Origin: Bacteroidaceae bacterium
GTDB lineage: Bacteria > Bacillota > Clostridia > TANB77 > CAG-508
Direction: 5' to 3'
NCBI GenBank assembly: GCA_963621875.1
Contig: CAVFFR010000002.1
Location: forward strand, 704 to 64,703
Length of the DNA stretch: 64,000 nucleotides
Both the position numbers and the translations under genes were made by a program. Each line of letters opens with the position of its first letter. Positions within the stretch are counted from its first letter, which is position 1. The notes under the pieces are model-generated. The model was given only the letters and a program-made list of their open reading frames with translations, was not told where the DNA came from and did no database searches. This document shows positions 1 through 8,290 of this stretch, in pieces.

Positions 1-497
1 GTGCCTGTTATTAGATTCTTTTTATTGTTATTTTCATTACCTAATTGCCAAGCTATTAAATGACATCTTTCATATAAATGCTTGCTATTGTTCTCTCCAT
101 ATAAATATTGAACCCAACCTGTTGGCTTGTAAGAAAGTCCTTCTCTTTTAGTTCCTGCAGGTGGCATTGTAAATTTACAAATGTTTGCAAATGCTACTCC
201 TGCCCTATTTAGCTCATCAAGATTTGAATAATATTCAAAGTCTGTTGTGCTAATATCTTTTTCTTCGAAATATGGCACATCATTATTTATAGTTATAACT
301 GTTGTCCCAGAATACTGCGGTATTTCTTCTATGTTTATGTTGCTATTGGTTTCTGTATTTGTTTGCACAGTTTCATTTGTATTTTCTGGTGTTTTATCTT
401 CTGCTACTATGTTTCCTGCAAGTAATGCTATTAATATAATTATTACTGATATTATTGATTGTTTTAATTTATTTTTCATTTTATTTTTTTCTTTCAT
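1..497 (-). CDS. DNA/RNA non-specific endonuclease, EndA/NucA (DNA-entry nuclease)-like; 3' end runs off the window
   Basis: Absent from the ORF track because it leaves the window. Reverse translation from ATG 495-497 gives MKEKNKMKNKLKQSIISVIIILIALLAG (signal/anchor) ... SYKPTGWVQYLYGENNSKHLYERCHLIAWQLGNENNNKKNLITG, the RCH-IA-QL...NL-TG core of this nuclease family. Confidence 0.6.
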   Translation of the reverse strand, partial: MKEKNKMKNKLKQSIISVIIILIALLAGNIVAEDKTPENTNETVQTNTETNSNINIEEIPQYSGTTVITINNDVPYFEEKDISTTDFEYYSNLDELNRAGVAFANICKFTMPPAGTKREGLSYKPTGWVQYLYGENNSKHLYERCHLIAWQLGNENNNKKNLITG

Positions 498-616
498 CGT
501 TTGCTCCCGCTTAATTATACTCTGTAAATATTTTTTTGTCTAGCAAAATCGTACATCAAATTTCGACTTATAATTTCATTTATAATAATTCAAAAATGAA
601 CAAAATTCTGAGAGTA

Positions 617-1723
617 TAGAAAAAGTTGTGTAAATAAATCCTTCCGTGATAAAATATAAAATATCAAGGAGGGATTTTTCTATGGGTAAAAAAGTAGAAA
701 AAGAAAAAAATGAAATAGTAGAGGAGTTTTTTAGAAGGAATGATCCCAAAAATATTAAATCCATGAATGATATGTATGCAGCATGGAAAGATTTCTTTGC
801 CCCTGCTTTTCAACAATTGTTGGATGCTGAAATGGAATCTAAAATTGGTTATTCAAAAAATAAAAGAACATATAATACTAATTATCGAAATGGATATTAT
901 CCAGAAAGAACTGTAGCAACAGAAATGGGAGATATTCCAGTAAAAGTTCCTAGAGATAGAAATGGAGAAATTGATTCCGATTTAGTGCCTAAGTATTCAA
1001 GAACAGCAAATGGCTTTGATGAAAAAGTAATATCTATGTATGCATTAGGAATGTCTGATAAGGACATTCAAGAACAAATAAAGGAGATATTTGGCTGCAA
1101 TCTTTCACCAGATATGATAAGTGATATAACAGATAAAATTATACCTGAAATACAAGAATGGCAAAAAAGGAAATTAGAAAGTGTATATCCCTAAGACGGA
1201 ATATCAAAGATGTATAGTTCATCAAATAAGAAACTCTTTAAAGTATGTACCATATACAGATAGAAAAGAACTAGCTAATGATTTAAAAACAGTTTACAAA
1301 GCAAGTACAGAAGAATTAGGTTATACTAATTTATTAGAAATAGAAGAGAAATGGAAACACAAATATCCTGGTGCGATTCAGAGTTGGATAGACAACTGGG
1401 ATGTACTTTCAGTATTTTTTAAATTTTCAGCAGAAATAAGAAAGATAATGCATACAACAAATGCAATAGAAAGCTTAAACAGTACATATAAACGAATAAA
1501 TCGAAACAGAAATGTATTTCCAACAGACATTTCTTTATTAAAAGTGCTATATCTTTCAACGCTAAAAGCAGAGAAGAAATGGTCTAGAATGGTTGATAAA
1601 TGGGATTTATGCTTATCTCAATTTAGAATTATGTATGAAGGAAGAATATAAAATAAAGCCTAAAAATAATAGGCTTAAGAAGCAAATTTCTTAAGTCCTA
1701 TCAAATTTACACAACTTTTTCTA
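617..1723 (+). mobile_element. IS256-family insertion sequence remnant (internally deleted)
   Basis: 19-bp terminal inverted repeats: tagaaaaagttgtgtaaat at 617-635 and its reverse complement at 1705-1723. They bracket the split transposase. No matching flanking direct repeat was seen. Confidence 0.7.
646..1651 (+). pseudogene. IS256-family (Mutator-type) transposase, internal deletion plus frameshift
   Basis: ORF 646-1194 matches the IS256 transposase N-terminus. ORF 1181-1651 (+1 frame) resumes at PKTEYQRCIVHQIRNS, the C-terminal part. The segment between ...ESVYP and ...PKTE, which normally carries the first catalytic Asp residues, is missing. Confidence 0.8.
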
Positions 1724-1811
1724 AAGTATTGATTTTTTAGAAAAGTATTATTTAAATAATGTTAATAATAAAATATTAAATTTTTTCAAGTTATCAATCG
1801 GAAGGAAATCC

Positions 1812-1834
1812 GATTTACACAAGATTTTCTATAG
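1812..1834 (+). repeat. Solo IS256-like terminal repeat remnant
   Basis: gatttacacaagattttctatag resembles the right IR region aatttacacaactttttctaaag (1704-1726), about 19 of 23 positions, in the same orientation. Confidence 0.35.
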
Positions 1835-1921
1835 GCTCATATTGAAATCTTTGCTTTTATTATTGAATTAATTTTAAATTTCTTTTATATTGTTCTACTG
1901 TATACATTTTAATACAGTACA

Positions 1922-2266
1922 TCATCTCCGTTCGTTATATGGTGATGTTGTTTCATCTCCTACATCTCCATTATTATTCAAATAATATTTTTCGCATTTA
2001 TTACAATATAAATGACTACCATCGGGATGTAAAAACATTAATTTTTCATTACAATTAGGACATAGTTTTTCATTTCTATAATAATCATAAATTGTTACTG
2101 CTTCATTTCTAAATTTTGTTGTAAATTCAACATCCCATAAATTTAAGCCACGAATTGTACCATCTTTTTTATTTACATATATAGAGCCTGCTCCATCATC
2201 AAAGAACTTTTTGTTTGGCAAACCCGCTTCAAAACACCACCATTCTTCATTCTCAAGTATTTCCAT
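1922..2266 (-). CDS. Small immunity-like protein with C-terminal Zn-ribbon
   Basis: ILENEEWWCFEAG...GSIYVNKKDGTI resembles YrhB/Imm-type immunity folds. It carries CPNC...CNKC. The frame stays open upstream to 2394 without a canonical start, so the start is uncertain. Confidence 0.45.
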   Translation of the reverse strand: MEILENEEWWCFEAGLPNKKFFDDGAGSIYVNKKDGTIRGLNLWDVEFTTKFRNEAVTIYDYYRNEKLCPNCNEKLMFLHPDGSHLYCNKCEKYYLNNNGDVGDETTSPYNERR

Positions 2267-2394
2267 TATAATTTTTCCGCATTCTGATGCTTTACTTTTT
2301 GCCTTGTTTATAGCCTCATCTAATGTAATTGGTACAACAGCATTACCATTTATTGTATCATATTCATTTTCACTTGAATTATTATTTTTCTCTT

Positions 2395-3039
2395 CTATAT
2401 AATAGTATATTTATCAAATAATTCATCTACATTTGTGCATTTTATAATTTCTTTAGTAAATTCATTAAATAAATCTTTATTTGATGTAAGTTTCTTTAAA
2501 AAACTAATTTTTTCTTCTTCACTTATATTAGTCAATTTATTGAAATATTCTTTTAATAAATCTTTCCAAAAAGGATCATTTCCAATAAAAGATTCTATTA
2601 CTTTCTCTACTGTTTCTGTCATCAAATTTAAATTTTTATCATAATCATAATTACATTTACTACAATTATATATAGGACTATCCTCTCTTAATTCACAACC
2701 ACCTGCAATATATTTATTTGTATCAATTTCTCCTTTAATTTTTCCATAAATATATTCTTTTAAAATCGAATAACATTTTGGACATCTAATTTTTTCTTTT
2801 TCATTTAATTCAAAACCTGTTGTTTTTTTATTTTTTAATAACTCCTCTATTACACTTATTTCTGTTCTTACATTTTCTATACAGTTATTATCATCAATTT
2901 GTTTGTCTATTTCTTCTTGTCTTGCTTTTTTCAATTCATCTGAAGATAAATATTTTTGTAAAGCTTCTAGCTCTCTTTCTAATTCATCTACTGAATAATC
3001 TTTATATTTATTAAAATATATACCTGGTCCTATAGCCAT
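2395..3039 (-). CDS. Hypothetical protein, coiled-coil N-terminus plus CPKC...CSKC Zn-ribbon
   Basis: 214-aa ORF located 29 bp downstream of the ART toxin gene. It has two CxxC pairs. No recognisable family. Confidence 0.5.
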   Translation of the reverse strand: MAIGPGIYFNKYKDYSVDELERELEALQKYLSSDELKKARQEEIDKQIDDNNCIENVRTEISVIEELLKNKKTTGFELNEKEKIRCPKCYSILKEYIYGKIKGEIDTNKYIAGGCELREDSPIYNCSKCNYDYDKNLNLMTETVEKVIESFIGNDPFWKDLLKEYFNKLTNISEEEKISFLKKLTSNKDLFNEFTKEIIKCTNVDELFDKYTII

Positions 3040-3068
3040 TTTCTATCGCTCCTTTTTAATATTATTTT

Positions 3069-4553
3069 TTATAATTCCATACCACCCATATCCATTACAG
3101 GCTGTTGTGGGACTTGTCCTTGTATCATTTGGGCATCACCTTGTTCTTGATTTTGCTGTTGTGTTTGAGTTTGCTGTGATTGTTGTTCCTGTTGTTCTCT
3201 GTGTTTCCTTGCAATTTTAGCACTTTCTCTCTGTATTCTAGCTTTCTCTTCTGGTTCTAATTCCCATGATTTCTTTTCTCCTGTTTTAGTTTTTGTATTT
3301 GGTTGTTGTCGATCTAGGTAAGTTGTATCTTGTGTTCCATCATTTCTTCCTCTAGAAAATCTTGATCTCATTTGATTAAAAAATCGTGAAAATCTATTTT
3401 GCCTAGCAGGTAAATTTTCTAAATTTCCGTTTTGTGAATATGTTTGTTGTTGTATCGTTTGGTTATACAAATTATCACTTTCTGTTTGTGTAGAAAAAGA
3501 TTTCTCATAACTATTGTTTTTTTGTTTTGTTGCTTGTTGTCCTATATCTTTATAACATTCTCTTTCTTTACTTAATAATAAACCTTGCAATACAGTCTTA
3601 CTTTTTCCATTTTTATCAATAACTCCACTTTGAGCTCCAACTACATATATATCATTTGGATTTAATAAAACTTCTTGTTCTACACTATCATAATCTGATA
3701 ACTGCGCTATGTATGCTCCTTGAGTTCCTTTTGGAGCATATATTTCCATAACAGTATCATATTCATCATATTTTGCAAAAGAAGATTCATATAATGGAGA
3801 TGTACTTGTATACCCTTTATTATTCATACTTTTTCCAACATAACTTTGCATATCTACTTGATCATTTGTTTTAATTGCTCTATACAATTTCATTGATTCC
3901 GGTAATCTTGCTTTAGACAACCCTTCATCTAAATTTGAAATTGTCTCATCTATATGTTCAAATGAATTCATATCTTTTACAGCTTTACATACTGATGGAG
4001 AACAACCTCTTGGCAAATTCATTTCTTGCATATATGAATTTATAATGTCATAATTATTGTAAACTGGTTTATCATAATCTAGTTGTTGTATGACATTACT
4101 AATTTCATATATCTGACTTTGACTCATTCCTCTTTCTTGAAGTTTAATTGATAAATCTTGCATAATTCCACTTTGTAATTCTGTTCTAGTTATTGTCCCT
4201 CTTTTTACTGATAAAATCATATTACTTCCGTTGCTATATTGATTAATAGCTTTTGCATTTTCTACTGATATGTTATATGAATTTATAGTATCCATAAATC
4301 CTTGTATTTCTGATTGATTTACTCCTATTTGTGGTAATTCTTCCATAGTATATCCATCAGCTAATCCTTGCAATACTTTTTGATGATTTCCACTTGAACT
4401 AAATACATCTGTTAAATCAGCTTCATTTTGAAATGTAGAATAATTACCATTTAATATTTCATTTATATTTGACTGTGATAATCCTTGGTTTTGTAGCATA
4501 TTTGTTATTTGTTGCTTTTGCGTTGATGATATTTTTAATTGTTCAATCTCCAT
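3069..4553 (-). CDS. ADP-ribosyltransferase (C3/exoenzyme-type R-S-E toxin domain) with Gln-rich C-terminal tail
   Basis: The catalytic triad pattern is readable: LYR (Arg), GYTSTS (STS motif), EQEVLL (ExE). The upstream AINQYSNGSNMILSVKRG resembles the conserved N-terminal helix of C3-like ARTs. There is no signal peptide. The last ~150 aa are Q/R/E-rich low complexity. Confidence 0.75.
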   Translation of the reverse strand: MEIEQLKISSTQKQQITNMLQNQGLSQSNINEILNGNYSTFQNEADLTDVFSSSGNHQKVLQGLADGYTMEELPQIGVNQSEIQGFMDTINSYNISVENAKAINQYSNGSNMILSVKRGTITRTELQSGIMQDLSIKLQERGMSQSQIYEISNVIQQLDYDKPVYNNYDIINSYMQEMNLPRGCSPSVCKAVKDMNSFEHIDETISNLDEGLSKARLPESMKLYRAIKTNDQVDMQSYVGKSMNNKGYTSTSPLYESSFAKYDEYDTVMEIYAPKGTQGAYIAQLSDYDSVEQEVLLNPNDIYVVGAQSGVIDKNGKSKTVLQGLLLSKERECYKDIGQQATKQKNNSYEKSFSTQTESDNLYNQTIQQQTYSQNGNLENLPARQNRFSRFFNQMRSRFSRGRNDGTQDTTYLDRQQPNTKTKTGEKKSWELEPEEKARIQRESAKIARKHREQQEQQSQQTQTQQQNQEQGDAQMIQGQVPQQPVMDMGGMEL

Positions 4554-4733
4554 ATCTTTCTCTCTTTCTTATCTTTTGAGCTTCGTTTCATTTATTCTAA
4601 AAACATTTATTACATTTTTTTATAATTTTCAATAGTTTAAAAATATTTTTATTAAAAACCATTATCTAGTAACTTTGAATTCTTTATATATATATATTGC
4701 CTCAAATAAATATAATTCAAGACATTTTTCTAA

Positions 4734-4755
4734 TTTTGCAACCACGGTTGCAAAA
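4734..4755. promoter_or_regulatory. Perfect palindrome TTTTGCAACC-AC-GGTTGCAAAA (possible operator)
   Basis: 10-bp perfect arms with a 2-bp spacer. It lies between the TnpV remnant and the ART gene, just upstream of a possible TTGAAT-17-ATATAT minus-strand promoter. Confidence 0.35.
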
Positions 4756-4823
4756 TTATCAAATGTTCTTTATTTCTTCATAATATATCATATAATTCAA
4801 ATTTTTTCCATTACTTTTTAAAA

Positions 4824-5218
4824 TTAAATATATATCATTTCTTTTAATACTATTTCTTCTGCTCCATTTTTAATATTATTCATTCTTGCAACCCACTCTA
4901 ATTGATTATTTGCCTTTAGTTCTTCTGTTACATTTTCTTGTTCTGTCATTTGTTTTATTAAAATATCTAACTTTTCTTTACATTCATCTTCAATATTTAG
5001 TAAATAACTTTTCAATTTATTATTTAATAACATTTCTGTATATTCTGGTATTGTATATTTCTTCATATAGTTTAGTTTTAATCTACCATACTTTCCTATA
5101 TTTTCCGTTCTTCTAGCCTTTGGTATTGTTATATTAGGTATATAACAATTTCCAACTAATCTATATTCAATTCCTGTTCTTTCATCTCAAATTTTTCTTT
5201 TAATACTTTATTTTCCAT
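4824..5218 (-). pseudogene. TnpV-like transposon protein, frameshifted near the N-terminus
   Basis: The ORF 4824-5066 tail QMTEQENVTEELKANNQLEWVARMNNIKNGAEEIVLKEMIY matches TnpV. Upstream, MENKVLKEKFEMKEQELNID stops, and the family-typical LVGNCYIPNITIP...IGKYGRLKLNYMKKY continues in another frame. Confidence 0.6.
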
Positions 5219-5263
5219 AATTTTAAATTCTCCTTTTTCTATTAATTATTAATTTTATTTTTA

Positions 5264-5438
5264 CTAAATTATTGCTAGGAGGAAACCTTTGTTATTACTA
5301 AATTTTACTTTTTCGTCATAAGAGAATATTATTGTTACAACTAGTGCTATTAATGTTATTCCGCTTTTTACTTTCTATCATTCTTATTCTTCCTTCTTCT
5401 TTCGTTTCTTCTAACTTTTTAGTGTTTTCTTTCTCCAT
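5264..5438 (-). pseudogene. Remnant of a type-IV-pilin-like gene (paralogue of 13693-14901)
   Basis: ATG 5436-5438 with an AAGGGG SD gives MEKENTKKLEETKEEGRIRMIESKK. After a frameshift the sequence reads KSGITLIALVVTII, the same G/ITLIALV prepilin-like N-terminus as the intact genes, and is then truncated. Confidence 0.55.
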
Positions 5439-5465
5439 TTTATTCCCCTTTCCATTTGTATATTT

Positions 5466-5705
5466 TTATTATGAAACAATATGTTTTATAAATCAACTAG
5501 TACTTTTGTTTTTATTAAATATGTAATTTAATAAAAATTAGAATCTTCCACAGTTCTTTTTGTTCTAAGTAGTGTCAGATTATCAGTCTTTCTTTCGTCT
5601 TTGTTTTTTTTATTTTTTAGTATTGATTTTTCCTTACAGCTATGCTATAAATAAAAGTAGTTGATTTTAATTAAATTACATATTTAATTAAAATTTTTTT
5701 TACAA
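5466..5705. repeat. Copy 1 of a ~235-bp control module (collinear with 14965-15197)
   Basis: Same architecture as copy 2. Minus promoter: -10 at 5468-5473, -35 at 5491-5496. Palindrome A at 5512-5534. Plus promoter TTGATT-17-TGcTATAAA at 5623-5651. Palindrome B at 5667-5691. The A-B gap is 132 bp in both copies. Confidence 0.7.
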
Positions 5706-5710
5706 ATACA

Positions 5711-5750
5711 AAAACTAACTTACCATAATCTCATCTGTAAGTTAGTTTTT
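5711..5750. terminator. Bidirectional intrinsic terminator (after tspO)
   Basis: AAAACTAACTTAC-loop-GTAAGTTAGTTTT, with T-runs on both strands. Confidence 0.6.
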
Positions 5751-5781
5751 TAGATTAATTTAATTTCTACAGACTTCTCTC

Positions 5782-6240
5782 TCATCTATTTAACAAGTAT
5801 ATTGCTAGATTTAAGTACGAAGCAAATAGTGTCCATAGTAGATATGGTATTTGAAGTACTCCTGCTAGTTTGTTGTTTTTAAAGAATTTTATTATCATTA
5901 TTATAACTAGAATATCAAGCAATATAATCCATAAGAATGCAAATAATCTCCACTTAAATGTAAAGAAAAATATTGACCATAGTGCATTTACAAATAATTG
6001 TAGATAATAAATTTTCTTTGTATCTGGGTCAACTAAGTGTTTGCTTTTTAATATTCCATAAGATATTCCCATTAAAATATAAAGAATAGTCCACATTATT
6101 GGGAATAGTATACTTGGTGGCGATAACTGTGGTTTTTGTAGGCTGTTATAATCTATTGAACCTGAAATTATTAAACCAACTATACCACCTACTATTACTG
6201 GAATTAGTATAGATTTTGCATATATTTTAAATTTTGACAT
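5782..6240 (-). CDS. tspO: TspO/MBR family tryptophan-rich sensory protein
   Basis: 152 aa with five TM segments. Family-typical W/Y-rich motifs: LQKPQLSPPSILFPIMWTILYILMG and NALWSIFFF. Confidence 0.8.
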   Translation of the reverse strand: MSKFKIYAKSILIPVIVGGIVGLIISGSIDYNSLQKPQLSPPSILFPIMWTILYILMGISYGILKSKHLVDPDTKKIYYLQLFVNALWSIFFFTFKWRLFAFLWIILLDILVIIMIIKFFKNNKLAGVLQIPYLLWTLFASYLNLAIYLLNR

Positions 6241-6375
6241 TTCTCTCCCTCCTTTTAATATTTTTATTAGCTTCTAGAAAAAATATACATTATGGTTCTA
6301 AAATTTTTCATTTAAAATATAATATTAATAAATTCAGATGAAAGGAGGGTATGATGTTTACATCATACTATATTT

Positions 6376-7290
6376 ATGATTGTTAATACTTCTATTAAAT
6401 ATAATTCTTCTATTTTGAAAAAAGATTTAGATGCGTTAATCTTTAAATATCCATTCTTAAAATTATATACAATTGGATACAGTGTTCTAGGCAAACCTAT
6501 TTATTCTGTCAAATTAGGCTTTGGCTCAAAGCAAGTTTGTTATTTAGCATCAACACACGCAAACGAGTATATTACTACTACTCTTTTAATGAAGTTTTTA
6601 GAGAATATGTGTATTGCTTATTATCAAAATTCAAGTATTTCTGGATATAATGTAAAAAATCTATTAAATAATACTACTATTTATCTTATTCCTTTGGTTA
6701 ATCCTGATGGCGTTGATTTAGTTAATGGCAATATTTCTTCTACTTCTAATGCTTATATTTATGCAAAATATATTGCTAGTAAATATCCAAATATTCCTTT
6801 TCCTGACGGTTGGAAGGCTAATATTCAAGGTGTAGATTTGAATTTACAATTTCCTGCTGGTTGGGAGAATGCTAAAAAAATAAAATTTGCACAAGGTTAT
6901 ACTTCTCCTGCTCCTCGTGATTTTGTTGGTTTTGGACCTTTAACTGAGCCTGAAGCTCTAGCTGTTTACGATTTTACTTTAGCTCATAATTTTAGACTTA
7001 TTTTAACTTATCATACACAGGGTAAAGAAATTTATTGGCAATTTAAAGATTATGCTCCTAAGGAAGCTTATGCAATAGGGCAAAAGTTTGCAAGGGTTAG
7101 TGGATATACTCTTGCTGATGTACCTTATGAGTCCAGCTTTGCAGGATATAAGGATTGGTTTTTGCAGCAATATAGGCGACCCGGTTATACTATCGAAGCT
7201 GGTTCGGGCGAAAATCCTCTTTCTCTTTCTCAATTTAATCAAATTTATAACGATAATATTAGTATATTAATTTTAGGAGCTGTTTTATAA
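6376..7290 (+). CDS. M14 zinc carboxypeptidase (gamma-D-glutamyl-meso-diaminopimelate peptidase-like)
   Basis: STHANEY (Zn ligands HxxE), NPDGVDL and YHTQG motifs. The start is uncertain: the strong SD at 6341-6349 serves an 11-codon ORF in another frame. Confidence 0.7.
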   Translation: MIVNTSIKYNSSILKKDLDALIFKYPFLKLYTIGYSVLGKPIYSVKLGFGSKQVCYLASTHANEYITTTLLMKFLENMCIAYYQNSSISGYNVKNLLNNTTIYLIPLVNPDGVDLVNGNISSTSNAYIYAKYIASKYPNIPFPDGWKANIQGVDLNLQFPAGWENAKKIKFAQGYTSPAPRDFVGFGPLTEPEALAVYDFTLAHNFRLILTYHTQGKEIYWQFKDYAPKEAYAIGQKFARVSGYTLADVPYESSFAGYKDWFLQQYRRPGYTIEAGSGENPLSLSQFNQIYNDNISILILGAVL

Positions 7291-7297
7291 CATACAA

Positions 7298-7331
7298 AAA
7301 TGGTCAACTACAGAACTGTAACTGACCATTT
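7298..7331. terminator. Stem-loop between convergent genes
   Basis: AAATGGTCA...TGACCATTT. Confidence 0.45.
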
Positions 7332-7337
7332 TATATC

Positions 7338-7670
7338 TTAGCATTTTTGTATACTATCACTCTTTTCTAAAAAATGTATTATTTTATTTATTATATTTTT
7401 TATAAAGTTTTTGTTTTTTATTTCTATTAATTGCATTTCTTGTTTTTGATTATTAATTGTTTCTTCTTGCTGTTTAAATTCTTCGAGCACTTTTTCTCTT
7501 TTGTTTATGATGTTTTTCATCATTTTTAAGCTAATTTCTTTGTGCTCTACATCTTTATTTTCTAGTTGCTTATATTTTTCTTCTGCTCTTGCTATACTGT
7601 GCTTTATTAGTATTATATTTTCTTCAAGCAATTTCTGATTTTTCTCTATATTGTTCATCTGTTTCTCCAT
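7338..7670 (-). CDS. Hypothetical coiled-coil protein
   Basis: 110 aa, K/E/N-rich heptad-like sequence. Translationally adjacent to the DUF308 gene. Confidence 0.4.
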   Translation of the reverse strand: MEKQMNNIEKNQKLLEENIILIKHSIARAEEKYKQLENKDVEHKEISLKMMKNIINKREKVLEEFKQQEETINNQKQEMQLIEIKNKNFIKNIINKIIHFLEKSDSIQKC

Positions 7671-7673
7671 AAC

Positions 7674-8210
7674 TTACATCAATTTATCTACATTTTTCAT
7701 AAATATAGCTTCATCAATAATGTCTATTACTGCATATACTATCATTATTATTGCTATTGCTATTATTATCGTTGATTTATTGCATATTATATACATTCCA
7801 GCTATTAGCGTTATTATTGATAATACCAGCATTGGAATCCAAAATGTTACTCCTACTCCTTTTAGTTTAAATGATATTCCTATTTTCATAATTCCTTCAT
7901 ATGCAATCCAAATTCCTACTATCACTCTAAATATTGTTGTAAATACTTCTGAATAAACAAACATAGCTATACTAAGTAAAATTGCTACTATTCCAATTGC
8001 TAATTCGTAATTATATAAGTTTCCATTTCCTTTAAAGGCAAAATAGCTAATTATTTTTTCTATTCCCACAAGCAATACAATTATTGCTAATATAGTTGTT
8101 ATTGTTTTTTCTACACCTTCTGGATGTGCAAGCATTATTATTCCTAATATTGCAAATGTTATTGCTACAATTATTGAGCTAATTCCTGTTCTTTTTAATA
8201 TATCTTTCAT
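7674..8210 (-). CDS. HdeD/DUF308 family membrane protein
   Basis: Six predicted TM helices. The N-terminal pattern SIIVAITFAILGIIMLAHP is typical of DUF308. Confidence 0.6.
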   Translation of the reverse strand: MKDILKRTGISSIIVAITFAILGIIMLAHPEGVEKTITTILAIIVLLVGIEKIISYFAFKGNGNLYNYELAIGIVAILLSIAMFVYSEVFTTIFRVIVGIWIAYEGIMKIGISFKLKGVGVTFWIPMLVLSIITLIAGMYIICNKSTIIIAIAIIMIVYAVIDIIDEAIFMKNVDKLM

Positions 8211-8265
8211 AATTTTACCTCCATTTTTGTTTCATTGTATCACTACTAAAAAATAAAGTAAAGAC

Positions 8266-8290
8266 AAACTGAGCAATTTTTGCTCAGTTT
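8266..8290 (-). terminator. Intrinsic terminator after spoIVB
   Basis: AAACTGAGCA-atttt-TGCTCAGTTT. Confidence 0.5.

Noticed and set aside
247-543. Plus-strand 98-aa ORF from the track
   Set aside because: It is antisense to the EndA-like nuclease gene (1-497, minus strand). Its composition is Phe/Ile/Leu/Ser-rich, as expected from reading AT-rich coding DNA backwards, and it has no SD.
6341-6386. Strong SD (AAAGGAGGG) followed by an 11-codon ORF overlapping the M14 peptidase start in another frame
   Set aside because: I cannot distinguish a leader peptide or translational coupling from a local frameshift or start misannotation. The peptidase N-terminus from 6376 looks family-typical, so I left it as a note only.
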